Origin: Patescibacteria group bacterium
GTDB taxonomy: Bacteria > Patescibacteriota > Patescibacteriia > Patescibacteriales > UBA12075
Reading direction: 5' to 3'
Assembly: GCA_018897195.1 (NCBI GenBank)
Contig: JAHILH010000001.1
Location: forward strand, 476,565-540,564
DNA length: 64,000 nt
The translations under genes and the position numbers were made by a program. The notes under the pieces were generated by a model. It ran no database searches. It saw only the letters and a program-made list of their open reading frames with translations, and was not told the DNA's origin. Below are positions 9,591 through 20,487 of this stretch, one piece after another; within the stretch, counting starts at the first letter, position 1; each line of letters begins with the position of its first letter.

Positions 9591-9893
9591 TTAAATTACG
9601 CTTAAACTGCCAGTTAAAAAAAGATACGCTAAATATAAAAAAGTACTATTCTGGACAATTAATAACGGAATTCCAACCACAAAATACCACTTCCGAGTTT
9701 TGTGACGAAAAGCAAACATCCCAGCATACACGCCCACACTCCCAAAAACTGTCGCCATAAAAAACAACATCCCTTCAGAAATTCTTTCCGCCCCGCTAAT
9801 TCGCGACTTACTCTTATCCAAAAGCATCAAGAAAAAAGCGATAAAATTTATCGCCAAAAAGATTGATAAAATTACTAACAATTGATTGTTCAT
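9591..9893 (-). CDS. DUF1294 membrane protein
   Basis: DK..RISE..G..GM..FRHKTRK pattern. Confidence 0.85.
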   Translation of the reverse strand: MNNQLLVILSIFLAINFIAFFLMLLDKSKSRISGAERISEGMLFFMATVFGSVGVYAGMFAFRHKTRKWYFVVGIPLLIVQNSTFLYLAYLFLTGSLSVI

Positions 9894-9968
9894 AAATACA
9901 TAATATCATATTTGAGCCATATAAACAAAAAAACGGCCGAAGCCGTAATTTTATTATTTTGGAGTTAA

Positions 9969-10295
9969 CTAGGCAAACATCTTGCTTTCCATCTCCACCC
10001 AATCATCAAGACCCTCATCCCATTTATAAGCCATCATCTGCTGACTTCTATCGGTCTTACTATAAGTATAATCTATTTTTGTTTCTGATCCAATTCGATT
10101 GGAGTAAGTTGTTTTTTTATCTAGAATTGCCGGCCTGGAAACATATTCTAATCGCATCTTCCCTAATGGACCCGCAAAAACAATATAATCAACATCAATG
10201 CCGCCCTCTTCGTCAATATGTTCACTCCCCTCATCCTCTACCTCAAAAGTATCCTTAATGTGGCTCGTGGTGTCTTTCCATCGTTCGATATCCAT
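9969..10295 (-). CDS. Hypothetical protein
   Basis: 108-aa ORF with normal composition. Confidence 0.75.
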   Translation of the reverse strand: MDIERWKDTTSHIKDTFEVEDEGSEHIDEEGGIDVDYIVFAGPLGKMRLEYVSRPAILDKKTTYSNRIGSETKIDYTYSKTDRSQQMMAYKWDEGLDDWVEMESKMFA

Positions 10296-10328
10296 ATTAT
10301 TTTATTGAAAGTTATAATAAAATCCTTG

Positions 10329-10401
<73 letters not shown>

Positions 10402-10418
10402 GAATAAGCTGTAATAGC

Positions 10419-11246
10419 TTAAACCTCTAATTCAACAATCTCTTGTTCCAATTCAGCCAATTTTCCATTCTCCGGATCAACTTCTTTTAATTTCTCAAAA
10501 GTAGCGCTGGCTAATTCTTTGTTTTTATTTATTATACAAAGCTCAAATTTTGTGTCAAGGTAACGCGGGTTATTAGGCTCAATATTTAGAGCTTTGTCAA
10601 TATAACTCATGGCCAAATCGTTGTTTTCGGAGATTTTTTCAATTAAGCTTAAATCAAAATATATACCAGCGAGTTGTCTATTATTAGTACTATCAACGCC
10701 GTCCAAGGCATAATCATCAGTATCGCTTTCCAGAAGCTTAATTACATGTTTGTATGTTTGCTTGGCCTCATTATATTGCTTTTTTTCAAAATACAAATCA
10801 CCAAGACCTTGAAAAGCTTTCAGATTTTGGCTATCCATGCCAATAATTTCGATATATTTTTTTTCGGCTAAATCCTCATCATCATTCTTCAAACATTCTT
10901 CAATATCAAGAAACAAACGACTGATAATAGTCTCCTCGCTTTCCAAATTCACTTTCTTGTCTTTTTTATAATTAAGCTTATGCTCAATTAGTCTATCATG
11001 AAGATCAACAAAAAATTCCGAAATATTTGCAATCATGGGCTTAAGAAGACTTAAGGCTTGATTCTGATATTTGGAATAATTTCTTTTTATTCTATTGCTA
11101 ATTATCTGTTGTTTGAATTTTGCTTCTCGCTCTTTTTTGATTGCTTCAACGTCCAAGCTGGCCAAGACAGAGAACTTTCGAATTGCAATAATAATAATTG
11201 CAGTCAGGCCGGCTAAAATCAAAATCAATGGAATTATATCGTACAT
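10419..11246 (-). CDS. Membrane-anchored tetratricopeptide repeat protein
   Basis: N-terminal TM, TPR-like repeats (AFQGLGDLYFEKKQYNEAKQTY). Confidence 0.8.
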   Translation of the reverse strand: MYDIIPLILILAGLTAIIIIAIRKFSVLASLDVEAIKKEREAKFKQQIISNRIKRNYSKYQNQALSLLKPMIANISEFFVDLHDRLIEHKLNYKKDKKVNLESEETIISRLFLDIEECLKNDDEDLAEKKYIEIIGMDSQNLKAFQGLGDLYFEKKQYNEAKQTYKHVIKLLESDTDDYALDGVDSTNNRQLAGIYFDLSLIEKISENNDLAMSYIDKALNIEPNNPRYLDTKFELCIINKNKELASATFEKLKEVDPENGKLAELEQEIVELEV

Positions 11247-11268
11247 AGTTAATTATTTGTTACATTTA

Positions 11269-12126
11269 TTATTTCACTCTTCCAGCACTTCCGAAAATTT
11301 TCATGTGCTTCATAGTCACCTCTTCAATCGCCGCGACACTTGGACTCATTAGCTTGCGTGGATCAGTTTCTTTGACATTTTCTAGGCAAGTTTTTTTCAG
11401 AGCTTCAGCAAAGGCAATTTTAATATCACTACCAATATTAATAATATTAACACCTTCCTTAATGGCTTTCTTAATTTTTTGACTAGGTAGACCAGAACCG
11501 CCATGTAAAACAAAAGTTCTTCTAGTTTGCTTTTTAATACTTTTCAAAAGTGGAACAATAATATCCTCATTATCATAAACACCGTGTGCCGTGCCAACTG
11601 CCGCGGCGATTGTATCCACGCCAGTCTTCTCTACAAATTCAACTACTTCTTCTAATTTTGCAAGTTGAATACCTTCAAGTTGTCCACCAATATCACCATG
11701 GCCGCCCATGATTGCACCAACCTCGCCCTGTACCCAAACGTTTTTCTTATGAGCAATGGTGACAATTTTCTTCGTAATTGCAATATTTTCTTTTAAGGGC
11801 AAATGTGAACCATCCATGTGCACTGAGGAAAAGCCAGCCTTGATACAAGCTAATACAATGTCTGGATTCTTGCCATGGTCAAGATGAAAAGTCAAGGGCA
11901 CCTTGGTTGCACTTGTCTTAGCCACCGTTGTCACCAAGGCCACAAAAGCCTCTAGGCCCATATATTTTATTGCACCTTCTGATACTTGAATAATTGCCGG
12001 CGAACCCGCTCGCACAGCCGCATTAGCCACGCCCAAAATCGATTCTAAGCCGTGAACATTAAAAGCGCCTACGCAATATCCCCCTTTTTCTGCATTTTTT
12101 ACTATTTCTTTGATGTGTACTAACAT
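11269..12126 (-). CDS. fba: Class II fructose-bisphosphate aldolase
   Basis: GAFN, HLDH, GTAHG, VLHGGSG. Confidence 0.93.
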   Translation of the reverse strand: MLVHIKEIVKNAEKGGYCVGAFNVHGLESILGVANAAVRAGSPAIIQVSEGAIKYMGLEAFVALVTTVAKTSATKVPLTFHLDHGKNPDIVLACIKAGFSSVHMDGSHLPLKENIAITKKIVTIAHKKNVWVQGEVGAIMGGHGDIGGQLEGIQLAKLEEVVEFVEKTGVDTIAAAVGTAHGVYDNEDIIVPLLKSIKKQTRRTFVLHGGSGLPSQKIKKAIKEGVNIINIGSDIKIAFAEALKKTCLENVKETDPRKLMSPSVAAIEEVTMKHMKIFGSAGRVK

Positions 12127-12132
12127 AAATAT

Positions 12133-12900
12133 TTATTTAATAATCGCTTTCGCTACTTTATAAAACTCTTCGACATCAAGACTGGCGCCACCGACTAGTA
12201 GGCCGTCCAAGTTGTCCAAATCCACAAAACTTTTTACATTTTTGCTATTAATACTGCCACCGTAAATAATTTTAAAGTTATTATTAACTATCTTCATACC
12301 AAACATATCGTTTAGTGTCAAACGGATAATTTTGTGCGCATATTCAGCTTCAGTTGGCTCAATCGCCGTACCAGAGCCAATTGCCCAGATTGGTTCATAA
12401 GCTACTACGATTTGCTGATTACCAACAACATCAATTCCGCTCAAGGCTTGCTGTATTTGATCGAACAAAACGTAATCACGACGATCAGTTTTTCGCTCAT
12501 CCCAGTTTTCACCAATGCAAACAACCGGTGTTAAGTTTTCCATCTGCAAGACCGCCTTGACTTCTTTATGAATCATTTCATAATTAACCATCAAAAATTT
12601 ACGACGCTCTGAGTGACCAATAATAACATATTCGCAACCAGCCTCAACCAATAAACTTGGGGAAATTTCACCAGTATAAGCACCATTCTCCTCCCAAAAA
12701 ACATCTTGACCGCCTAATTTAATATTACTGCCTTGCAAAACATCTCGCACGCCTAATAAAGAAATAAAATTTGGACAAACGGCAATTTGCTCTCCATCCA
12801 TATTTTTAAACTTTGCTTTAATTTTTTTAGCTAAGTCTAATGACTCTGCCAAACTAAGCTTCATCTTCCAATTTGCGATGACGATTTTTTCGTTTTTCAT
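12133..12900 (-). CDS. tpiA: Triosephosphate isomerase
   Basis: ANWKM, GHSERR, AYEPIWAIG, YGGS, LVGGASL. Confidence 0.97.
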   Translation of the reverse strand: MKNEKIVIANWKMKLSLAESLDLAKKIKAKFKNMDGEQIAVCPNFISLLGVRDVLQGSNIKLGGQDVFWEENGAYTGEISPSLLVEAGCEYVIIGHSERRKFLMVNYEMIHKEVKAVLQMENLTPVVCIGENWDERKTDRRDYVLFDQIQQALSGIDVVGNQQIVVAYEPIWAIGSGTAIEPTEAEYAHKIIRLTLNDMFGMKIVNNNFKIIYGGSINSKNVKSFVDLDNLDGLLVGGASLDVEEFYKVAKAIIK

Positions 12901-12917
12901 ATTTTTTATATTATTAA

Positions 12918-13910
12918 TTAATTATTCCAAGAAAAATTATTAAACGCCCATTTGGCCAAGTTGTGCGCTTGATAAAAGCGTGATGCTTTTTCGCTATCAT
13001 CCAAAATTACCGAGATAATATTTTTATTTTTATCATCAACAAACTTACCTACAAAACAATAACCGGCTGAATTGGTAAAACCAGTCTTGCCGCCAATAAC
13101 TCTAATCCCATCAGTAATTTCATCGTCCAATAAAATATTCGTGCTTTTAGCAATAACCTCACGTCCATTTTTTGTTTTAAAAATATATTTATCCTGCGCC
13201 ACAATCCCAGCAATCACTTCATTGGCAAAAGCCAAGTTAGCCAACTTGGCCACATCAAGTGCTGTCGACAGATTTTGCTCTAAACCAATCGTGTCAATAA
13301 AATTCGTATCAGCCAAACCATTCTCCTTGGCAAAAAGATTCATTTCTATTACAAACTCTTTTACACTTAAGTCACTGGCACTTACCAAGGCCATCGTCGC
13401 CATATTATCCGATGACACCAAGCTCAAATTCAAAAGATCTTTAATCGTCACTAAGTCACCCGTACGCAGGTGCAACAAGCCACCCTCAACTCGATCCTCT
13501 TTTTTTACCTCATAGACGCTATCCAGGCTTAAATTCTTTTTTAAAAAAACTAACGCAGTTGCCAATTTGGTAATACTGGCAATTGCAACTTTTTCTGTCG
13601 AATTTTTATCGTAAATTGTCGAGCCGCTCTTGCAATCAAGAACCACCGCCTTGCCAGTTTTTAAATTATATTCAGAGCTACTAGCATTCTTTGTTGGTGG
13701 TAAATTTTCATCAACAATGCTCGGTAAAAAATTATTTTGTGGCTCGATGTTACTGTCTACCTCTCCATTGGACGCTTCTTCACTCACACCCAAGACAATA
13801 CCGTTCTTATCCAAACTAGCTTCAAGGGAGTGATTGGAGCCGGATTTGCCATAGACAAAAATGCCAAACACAAAAAAAATGATTGTAAATAATGATAAAG
13901 TCTTACGCAT
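12918..13910 (-). CDS. D-alanyl-D-alanine carboxypeptidase (peptidase S11)
   Basis: ASITK (SxxK), SDN (SxN), KTG; N-terminal anchor. Confidence 0.9.
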   Translation of the reverse strand: MRKTLSLFTIIFFVFGIFVYGKSGSNHSLEASLDKNGIVLGVSEEASNGEVDSNIEPQNNFLPSIVDENLPPTKNASSSEYNLKTGKAVVLDCKSGSTIYDKNSTEKVAIASITKLATALVFLKKNLSLDSVYEVKKEDRVEGGLLHLRTGDLVTIKDLLNLSLVSSDNMATMALVSASDLSVKEFVIEMNLFAKENGLADTNFIDTIGLEQNLSTALDVAKLANLAFANEVIAGIVAQDKYIFKTKNGREVIAKSTNILLDDEITDGIRVIGGKTGFTNSAGYCFVGKFVDDKNKNIISVILDDSEKASRFYQAHNLAKWAFNNFSWNN

Positions 13911-13996
13911 GGGGATACGTATCAACCGCAAGTTTTAAGCTGCAAGTTGAAAATTTATTTTTATTAAATTTTATTTCTCTTTATAATTTTTTCTTA

Positions 13997-14548
13997 CTAA
14001 TTTTCCTCTTTTTTTTCTCCCAAAATTTCGTCCAAATTCATATCTTTGCTTAATCGTTCATAATCAGGTAATTCAGTAATGTCATTTATGCCCAAATGTC
14101 GTATGAAGTCAAAGGTAACACTATAATAACTCTCGCCATCCTCACTACCCTCCTTTGACTCAATTAAGCCACGCAGTAATAAGTTCTTTAAAATGAGCGA
14201 ACAATTAATACCCCTGATTCGATTCAAATCTGCTCGAGAAATCGGTCCGCGATATGCAATAATGGTCAAGGTCTCAAGACTAGGACGACTCAATTCGCCC
14301 GTGGTTTCATCTTTGATTAATTCGCGAATCAAACCAGCATTGTCTGGTGCTGTTACCATTTGATATTTGGCGTGGTCTTTAACTATCTGCATACCTCGCC
14401 CACTCTCACGATATTCGGCCAGCAGCTCATCGCCAGCTTTTTCTAATTCGCCTACCTCAACCTTGATCAATTCCGCCAGATGACTAATTGCAATCGGCTT
14501 AGCTGAAACAAATAACAGCGATTCAATTTTTGACTTCAATTCATTCAT
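13997..14548 (-). CDS. scpB: SMC-Scp complex subunit ScpB
   Basis: IESLLF, LETLTIIAYRGPISR, IRGINC. Confidence 0.95.
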   Translation of the reverse strand: MNELKSKIESLLFVSAKPIAISHLAELIKVEVGELEKAGDELLAEYRESGRGMQIVKDHAKYQMVTAPDNAGLIRELIKDETTGELSRPSLETLTIIAYRGPISRADLNRIRGINCSLILKNLLLRGLIESKEGSEDGESYYSVTFDFIRHLGINDITELPDYERLSKDMNLDEILGEKKEEN

Positions 14549-14558
14549 TGTTTTAATC

Positions 14559-15272
14559 TTAATTCACAACTCTCGAGATTGTAATCTCGCCAAACAAATC
14601 CTCCTGGTCTAAAACCAGCTCGCGTTGTCGCATCAACTCCAAAACTGCCAAAAAACTAACCACAACATCCGCCTTCGAACTACAATTTTCAATTAATTTA
14701 TCAAAACTGGTTTTCACTTTATTCAAAAACATCTTTTGGATGTTGGCAATACGCTCCTCGATACTAACCTTATATTCCAACACCTCTTCAGTTAATTTTT
14801 TCACTGGCTTAATCCTGGCTAGTAACTCCTCGAAAGTATTTTTTAAATCAATCATCTTTAGATCCTTGGGTGGTGAAAAAGAATTAGTGTTATTCAAAAT
14901 CGCTTTTTTATTAAACTCACGTACAAACATAAATCGCTGTGTCGCCAAAATATCCTCAACACTCTTAGCTGCTTCCAAATATTCTTTATAAATCTTCAAT
15001 TGCTTTTCAAACTCTTCCAAGTCTTCTTCTTCCTCCTCGTCCTGTTGCAAGAACGGCAATAAGGCTCGTGACTTAATATACAAAAGTCGCGCGGCTATAA
15101 ACAAAAAATCAGCCACGTCGCCAGGGCTTATTTGGGTTGATTTTTTTACAAACTCAACATACTGATCCGCAATCGCTGCCAAACTGATTTTCGTGATATC
15201 CATCTCCTCTTTTTCTATCAATTTTAGCAATAAATCCAAGGGACCTTCAAATTTTTCCAAGATTATTTTCAT
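14559..15272 (-). CDS. scpA: Segregation/condensation protein A
   Basis: FEGPLDLLL, KSRALLP, FLAVLEL. Confidence 0.95.
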   Translation of the reverse strand: MKIILEKFEGPLDLLLKLIEKEEMDITKISLAAIADQYVEFVKKSTQISPGDVADFLFIAARLLYIKSRALLPFLQQDEEEEEDLEEFEKQLKIYKEYLEAAKSVEDILATQRFMFVREFNKKAILNNTNSFSPPKDLKMIDLKNTFEELLARIKPVKKLTEEVLEYKVSIEERIANIQKMFLNKVKTSFDKLIENCSSKADVVVSFLAVLELMRQRELVLDQEDLFGEITISRVVN

Positions 15273-15413
15273 ATATACTTATACACATATTATACATTAA
15301 TATGAATATAAAAACAAATTTCACCATCTTGAATATTCCTTTATAACACAAAAGATTCGACCATCTTATCGACTATCGAATCTTTGTACTTTTTGTTTAA
15401 TTTTACAGAAAAC

Positions 15414-16340
15414 CTACCGAATAGCTTCCATTTGCGTTGCCTTCGGATTTTCAAATATTTTCTGCGTAAAGCAATATCGACCAGCATCATGGTCCCAAAT
15501 TACTTGTCCATAATAAGTAATATTCTCATTCGCTTTTTTATTTGAGGCCTTAAAGACGGAACATGTTTCATAATGTGTCGCATCAACAACCTTGTACTCA
15601 AATTTTTCTTTACTAATCGGATTAACAAAATCTTTTTCTTGCAAAGCGTACTCTTTTATCAAGATTGAAAAATCGTTAGGCAGTTTGCCCTTCTCGGTAT
15701 AATAACGATCCAAATAACTATGGACATTATTCAAATTATTAATCACCTGCTCATCCATCTTTCTGTCTCTGGTCTGCGTTGGTGTCTCCACCACAAACAA
15801 AGCACCCACAAAAGAGATAACCACTACGGCCAAGGCGGCCCAGAAATAAATCTTTACCACTTTATCTTTTTTGTCTTTAATTTCCACCCTCTTTATGTCA
15901 TAAAAATAAAAACCAAAAATTGCTCCCGAAATCACCAATGACGTAAGCGCTTTTAACAAAAACTTCAAGGTCAATTCTCCGTTTAAAAAACCGTTCAGGG
16001 TGCCGATTAACCAACCAATCACCACAAATGAAGAAATTAAAATAATAAAATAACCAAGCCATTTTCTAATTGGCGATTCTTTGTCCAATTCACCCGTGAA
16101 TAAATTCTTCATGATTTGCATAGTGATAAAGAAATAAATCGGCGCCGAAATAAAAATCACTGAAATCACCGACTTCATCACATCGTCAGAATACGTCCCA
16201 CTATACTGATTCACTACATCAACAATATACTTGTTGATAATCTGAAAAATCACCGTCCCCGTCGACATCGCCATCGCAATCAAGGCCACCAAGCTCAGGA
16301 TGTAATAAAAGGCAAACTTTGCCGCGTTGTTTGAGTTCAT
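15414..16340 (-). CDS. Membrane protein, DUF5671-like
   Basis: Five TM helices plus a C-terminal pilin-like soluble domain (YYTEKGKLP..NPISKEKFEY..C..C). Confidence 0.7.
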   Translation of the reverse strand: MNSNNAAKFAFYYILSLVALIAMAMSTGTVIFQIINKYIVDVVNQYSGTYSDDVMKSVISVIFISAPIYFFITMQIMKNLFTGELDKESPIRKWLGYFIILISSFVVIGWLIGTLNGFLNGELTLKFLLKALTSLVISGAIFGFYFYDIKRVEIKDKKDKVVKIYFWAALAVVVISFVGALFVVETPTQTRDRKMDEQVINNLNNVHSYLDRYYTEKGKLPNDFSILIKEYALQEKDFVNPISKEKFEYKVVDATHYETCSVFKASNKKANENITYYGQVIWDHDAGRYCFTQKIFENPKATQMEAIR

Positions 16341-16421
16341 AAAATTGTTTGAGATAATTAACATGGTTATTTGTCTCATCAACAAATAGTTTGCCAATTT
16401 ATCCTTTATTTAATTAACAAT

Positions 16422-17549
16422 TTAAATAATGCCAACTACTTGATTTATTAATTCCGCCCTTGACCGTCTGTATCCACTCAACTTCTTCAAGGCTTGTTTT
16501 TCTTTTTCTGCTATAAACCGTTTAACAACCATTTCTTTTTGCGCTTTATCAGCTTGATCAGTATCAACAACCAATCTTCCCAATTCTTCATCATTAATAT
16601 TGTACCCACCTTTTCTCAAGAAACCTATTACCTCTTTGTAACCATCCCGGTCCTCACTAAATCGATCCATCAATAATGAAATTCTAGTTTTTCCTTTTTC
16701 CAAAAAAGATCTCTTATCGGCAATTTCCAACCAAACATCCTTTAACTCATCAAGTGCTTTTTCATTTTTTATTCTCCCTCGATATTCATCAATTTTTAAC
16801 AACTCCTTAAAAACTTTTAAACCTTCAGAAATATGGGCGGTGCCAATATCCAAATTAGGCACTAAATCATAGTTAGCCAAATTGGCCACATTTTTTTGAT
16901 TCCTAATATCTTCAGACATTGCCTGGATTTTTTTCTGGAAAATTTCTTCTGAATCATGAACCAAAGCCGTAATCTCATCACCGCCATGACGATAACCATC
17001 AAAACCATGACTTTTAATCTTTTCGCTGATATTTTTTAAAAGTTTATCACCAACACTGTGTCCTGCCTCGTTTGCCAATGAAAGATAAGAGACGTCGCTC
17101 ATCATTACTGATAAGTTAATATGCCGACAATCATCATCTAAGGCCTGAATCGCGCTTATTACCTTGTCATTGCTAATCGCTACATCGCTATCAAGACCAA
17201 ATATAACGCGCAAATCCTCGTCCATTTTTTTAAAAAGTTCTTTTCTAATTTTAAATCCAGTTACATCATCAATTAACACATCCTCATATTTTTTTTGCAA
17301 ATCCTTGGCAGACTGCTTATCATTGAAAATTTTCTCCTCAAGCATGTCATTTAAGTCCTCCACCTCTATGGTGTCTCTATATTGTTCGGCAATCCAATTA
17401 TTCTTAACCGCCTCATAATTAGCATCGCTTGTTCGTTCATTATTTTCTTTGTCATAAATTTCAGCCAAGTCTGTCATTGCTTGCTGTTTTCTTTTTTCGA
17501 TATCACTTGTTTTTGCAGGAGAAGATTCTGCGGAAAATTCTTTTGTCAT
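16422..17549 (-). CDS. GGDEF-domain protein (divergent diguanylate cyclase)
   Basis: DDVTGF, SDVSYLSLANEAGHSVGDKLL, RHGGDEI. Confidence 0.8.
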   Translation of the reverse strand: MTKEFSAESSPAKTSDIEKRKQQAMTDLAEIYDKENNERTSDANYEAVKNNWIAEQYRDTIEVEDLNDMLEEKIFNDKQSAKDLQKKYEDVLIDDVTGFKIRKELFKKMDEDLRVIFGLDSDVAISNDKVISAIQALDDDCRHINLSVMMSDVSYLSLANEAGHSVGDKLLKNISEKIKSHGFDGYRHGGDEITALVHDSEEIFQKKIQAMSEDIRNQKNVANLANYDLVPNLDIGTAHISEGLKVFKELLKIDEYRGRIKNEKALDELKDVWLEIADKRSFLEKGKTRISLLMDRFSEDRDGYKEVIGFLRKGGYNINDEELGRLVVDTDQADKAQKEMVVKRFIAEKEKQALKKLSGYRRSRAELINQVVGII

Positions 17550-17634
17550 ATATTTTTTTTAAAATAAAAATAGGCAATTATCTTAATATGATAACTGCCT
17601 ATAGTTTAGCATTTTCTTTCAAAAAAACAATATC

Positions 17635-17913
17635 CTAAGCAATTCTGCCAAACATCGGATCCTTGAATAATTGCTGATATTTCCCATTTTTATTGCGCAT
17701 GAGACCGCTAAGCCAGTTGTGCAGGTCAGACTCATCCATCCTGCCAAAATCAACTTTCAGCTCATCGGCTGTTTTTTGGCTCAGATTGGCAAAATCTTCT
17801 TCAATTTTCCGACCTTTCATGGACGCTTGAATCAAAATATCAAAAATTTTGTCCTCCACATCAGGAAAGCGAGTTCTTAAAAAATCAAACAAATCCTGGC
17901 CAATATGGTTCAT
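17635..17913 (-). CDS. Hypothetical protein
   Basis: Short ORF with an AGGAGG RBS. Confidence 0.65.
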   Translation of the reverse strand: MNHIGQDLFDFLRTRFPDVEDKIFDILIQASMKGRKIEEDFANLSQKTADELKVDFGRMDESDLHNWLSGLMRNKNGKYQQLFKDPMFGRIA

Positions 17914-18019
17914 ACACACCTCCTATGTTATTTTTATTATAAAGAGCGATAATAATTAAGCGCTTTTATCTTTATCTTTTAAGCAAAGATTGTCAAGGGC
18001 GTGCGTCAAATATATTAAA

Positions 18020-18054
18020 AAACGCTACGGGGTTTATTTGGACCCCGTAGCGTT
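18020..18054 (-). terminator. Rho-independent terminator
   Basis: AACGCTACGGGG...CCCCGTAGCGTT followed by a T run on the minus strand. Confidence 0.8.
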
Positions 18055-18057
18055 AAA

Positions 18058-19674
18058 CTACTGACAACTTTTACCTATCTCTGTTTGCACTTTTTCAAAT
18101 ACACCTATTAATGTTTCCTTTGTGACCTGATCTGCTGTCTGTAATTCATCCCAACCCTTGGCGACATGATTGCAGACAACATTTAACAAAAAGTTCAACT
18201 TGTCTATTTCCGCCATGGCCGACGACAAGCGCTTATCCTGATCATCAATCACTTGTCGAAAACCCGTATTCTGGTCTTCAAGTTTTTTATTCAAAACAAG
18301 CTGTGCTTTTTGCTCGTTACTTCTTGACAAGGCTTTGATGTGAAGGAATAAATTTCGACATTTTTTCACATCAATCTTTTTGGCATTTTCCAGATTTCCC
18401 GCCAAACGCATCTGTTCTTTGAAAATGGTTTTATCAGCCGACATATTCCAGTCTGTTTGTTTTAAAAATAAATCAAACAAAGCCTTAAATGTCGCAAACT
18501 CAAGAGAAATTTCATTAGTACGCATAAAATATTCTATCTTCTTTTGAAAAATCTCTTTCTCTCTCCACTCCATCGGCGTCCCAATAATCTCCTGGGCCCG
18601 TCTAAACGCCTCAAACCTGGAAATCGACTGCTCTTTTTGCAATTTATCAGCCAGATATTCCAAACTTCTTTGAAGATTGAAAAAATCGGGGTTCATAACC
18701 AATGAACCACATGAAGCTGATGCAAAAAAATCGTAATCAGAATACTCTCTTGCCACTTTTTCAATAATCGCCGTTTGGTGCTCTGTGACAGCATCAATTA
18801 ACCCAAGCTTTGCCTCGTTAAAATTTTGGGCAAGAAGATCGACTTTAAATCTTTCCGCAAACCCCACAAAGAAATGGTCTATCTTGCTTTTTGCATTGAT
18901 AATTTTTTCAATACAATCCTTAGCTAAATCCATCTCCGAATCAGCAAAAGCGATAATCATCGCCTCCCTATCAGCAAAGTCTGAACAATCCATCAAAAAC
19001 ATCTGATCATGCAACTCGAGTTTTAAAAGCTCATCAATTCTCAAAGCTGCTGCTTCGGACGAATTAGCCGTTGCTGGAAAATAGCTTTCAGACAAATTAA
19101 TTCTTCCGCCTTTTTTTGCAACTCCGACTATCGAAAACTCGTCACCGCTCTTTGCGATTGGAAATATATCAACTTCATCTTCAATCCGTAGATGCGCACA
19201 AGTGCCCCGATAATAGGCATTAATATACGCTTGAACATTTTCGATGGCGATATTAATACATGTCCAGGTCTTACTCAAATAAACATTGCCATTCTGGTGA
19301 TCCCAGGTGTCATTAACAAATTTAACCCCATCGCCATCCACCTCAATCAAAAAAAGATTAAAATTTCCGCTATTAATATGACTTCGAATAGACTGTTTAG
19401 CAAATTCGAAATTACGCGCTGGGGGATATTGTCCTGTTTTGAGAAAATTACGGGGATCAATATAATCCTTTTCATATTTTTGGATTATACTATCCACAAT
19501 ATTCCTCTTTCTTCTTGTTAAAGGACAACATCGAAACAAAGAAGTGCTAACATCATCTTTCACCTTGTCACGAATAGAATCATCCGGCAAAATGGCAACA
19601 CTTAAAGCTTTGTCTAAATACCCGCGAACAGACAAGTGGTAAAGCAATAGTAAATATTTTTTTAGCAGACCCAT
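18058..19674 (-). CDS. Divergent GGDEF-like protein with large insertions and a C-terminal coiled coil
   Basis: EVDGDGVKFVNDTWDHQNGNVYL, SGDEF; AGGAGG RBS before ATG 19674 (the ORF track extends to 19761). Confidence 0.65.
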   Translation of the reverse strand: MGLLKKYLLLLYHLSVRGYLDKALSVAILPDDSIRDKVKDDVSTSLFRCCPLTRRKRNIVDSIIQKYEKDYIDPRNFLKTGQYPPARNFEFAKQSIRSHINSGNFNLFLIEVDGDGVKFVNDTWDHQNGNVYLSKTWTCINIAIENVQAYINAYYRGTCAHLRIEDEVDIFPIAKSGDEFSIVGVAKKGGRINLSESYFPATANSSEAAALRIDELLKLELHDQMFLMDCSDFADREAMIIAFADSEMDLAKDCIEKIINAKSKIDHFFVGFAERFKVDLLAQNFNEAKLGLIDAVTEHQTAIIEKVAREYSDYDFFASASCGSLVMNPDFFNLQRSLEYLADKLQKEQSISRFEAFRRAQEIIGTPMEWREKEIFQKKIEYFMRTNEISLEFATFKALFDLFLKQTDWNMSADKTIFKEQMRLAGNLENAKKIDVKKCRNLFLHIKALSRSNEQKAQLVLNKKLEDQNTGFRQVIDDQDKRLSSAMAEIDKLNFLLNVVCNHVAKGWDELQTADQVTKETLIGVFEKVQTEIGKSCQ

Positions 19675-19757
19675 CTCGTCTCCTCCTATTGATAATAATA
19701 AAAGGAGGGTGTCATTTGTTTCCAAATGCACCCTTCTTAGTGAGCAAGACTCCCTCT

Positions 19758-19850
19758 TCAACTGTTGGCGATAACCAATTTAGCCTGATCAGCTAATTTC
19801 CTTAACTGCTCAGCTTTTTCTCTGATATAAGTTATGACATACTGTGACAT
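19758..19850 (-). CDS. Candidate 30-aa small protein MSQYVITYIREKAEQLRKLADQAKLVIANS
   Basis: GGAGG 6 nt before the ATG; helical composition. Confidence 0.4.
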   Translation of the reverse strand: MSQYVITYIREKAEQLRKLADQAKLVIANS

Positions 19851-20159
19851 GGCAATCCTCCCGGTTTATTATTTTATTTAGTTTTTTATTGTAGAATCCA
19901 CATATTTACAAACAATCAAAATTGCTTTTAAATACGTGAACTCTACAATCAACATTATAAAAGAACATAACCAATCCATTTACTGTTTATTTCTTTGGTT
20001 TTTATTTTTGTATAAGTATCTTACGTTAAAAAATGTTGGATTACAATAGCCTTTTACGGCTATTTCTGCACATTCCTTACCAAGATTTTACACAGAGTTC
20101 TTCACAATGTTATACCCACTTTATTCAGTTTTCAAGGCACATCTAGTCGATAATTGAGT

Positions 20160-20188
20160 ACTATACCTTGTTTGTTTTATTTTGTCAA
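20160..20188 (-). promoter_or_regulatory. Sigma70-type promoter TTGACA-N17-TATAGT
   Basis: Near-consensus match. Confidence 0.65.
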
Positions 20189-20487
20189 TTTAATGAATTT
20201 TTTATTTATATTTAAATTTTTATTTCTAAGTTTATTGTAACACCTCCCAATTAACAACTCCTTAAACAAAGATTAGGGTTGTATTAAATGCTATTTTTAC
20301 ATCACAAACACACTCGTACCTCATCTTCATTATCACCATACCCGCTCCACATTAAACTAAAATTAAAAATCGCAGTATTGACTACTGCGATTATTCGTGT
20401 TACTTGCAACACGCTTCAGTAAAACAAAATAAAGAAGGAGATAATTAAAATCATTATCTCCTTATTTCCTGTTTTTTTCAGGAGGCT

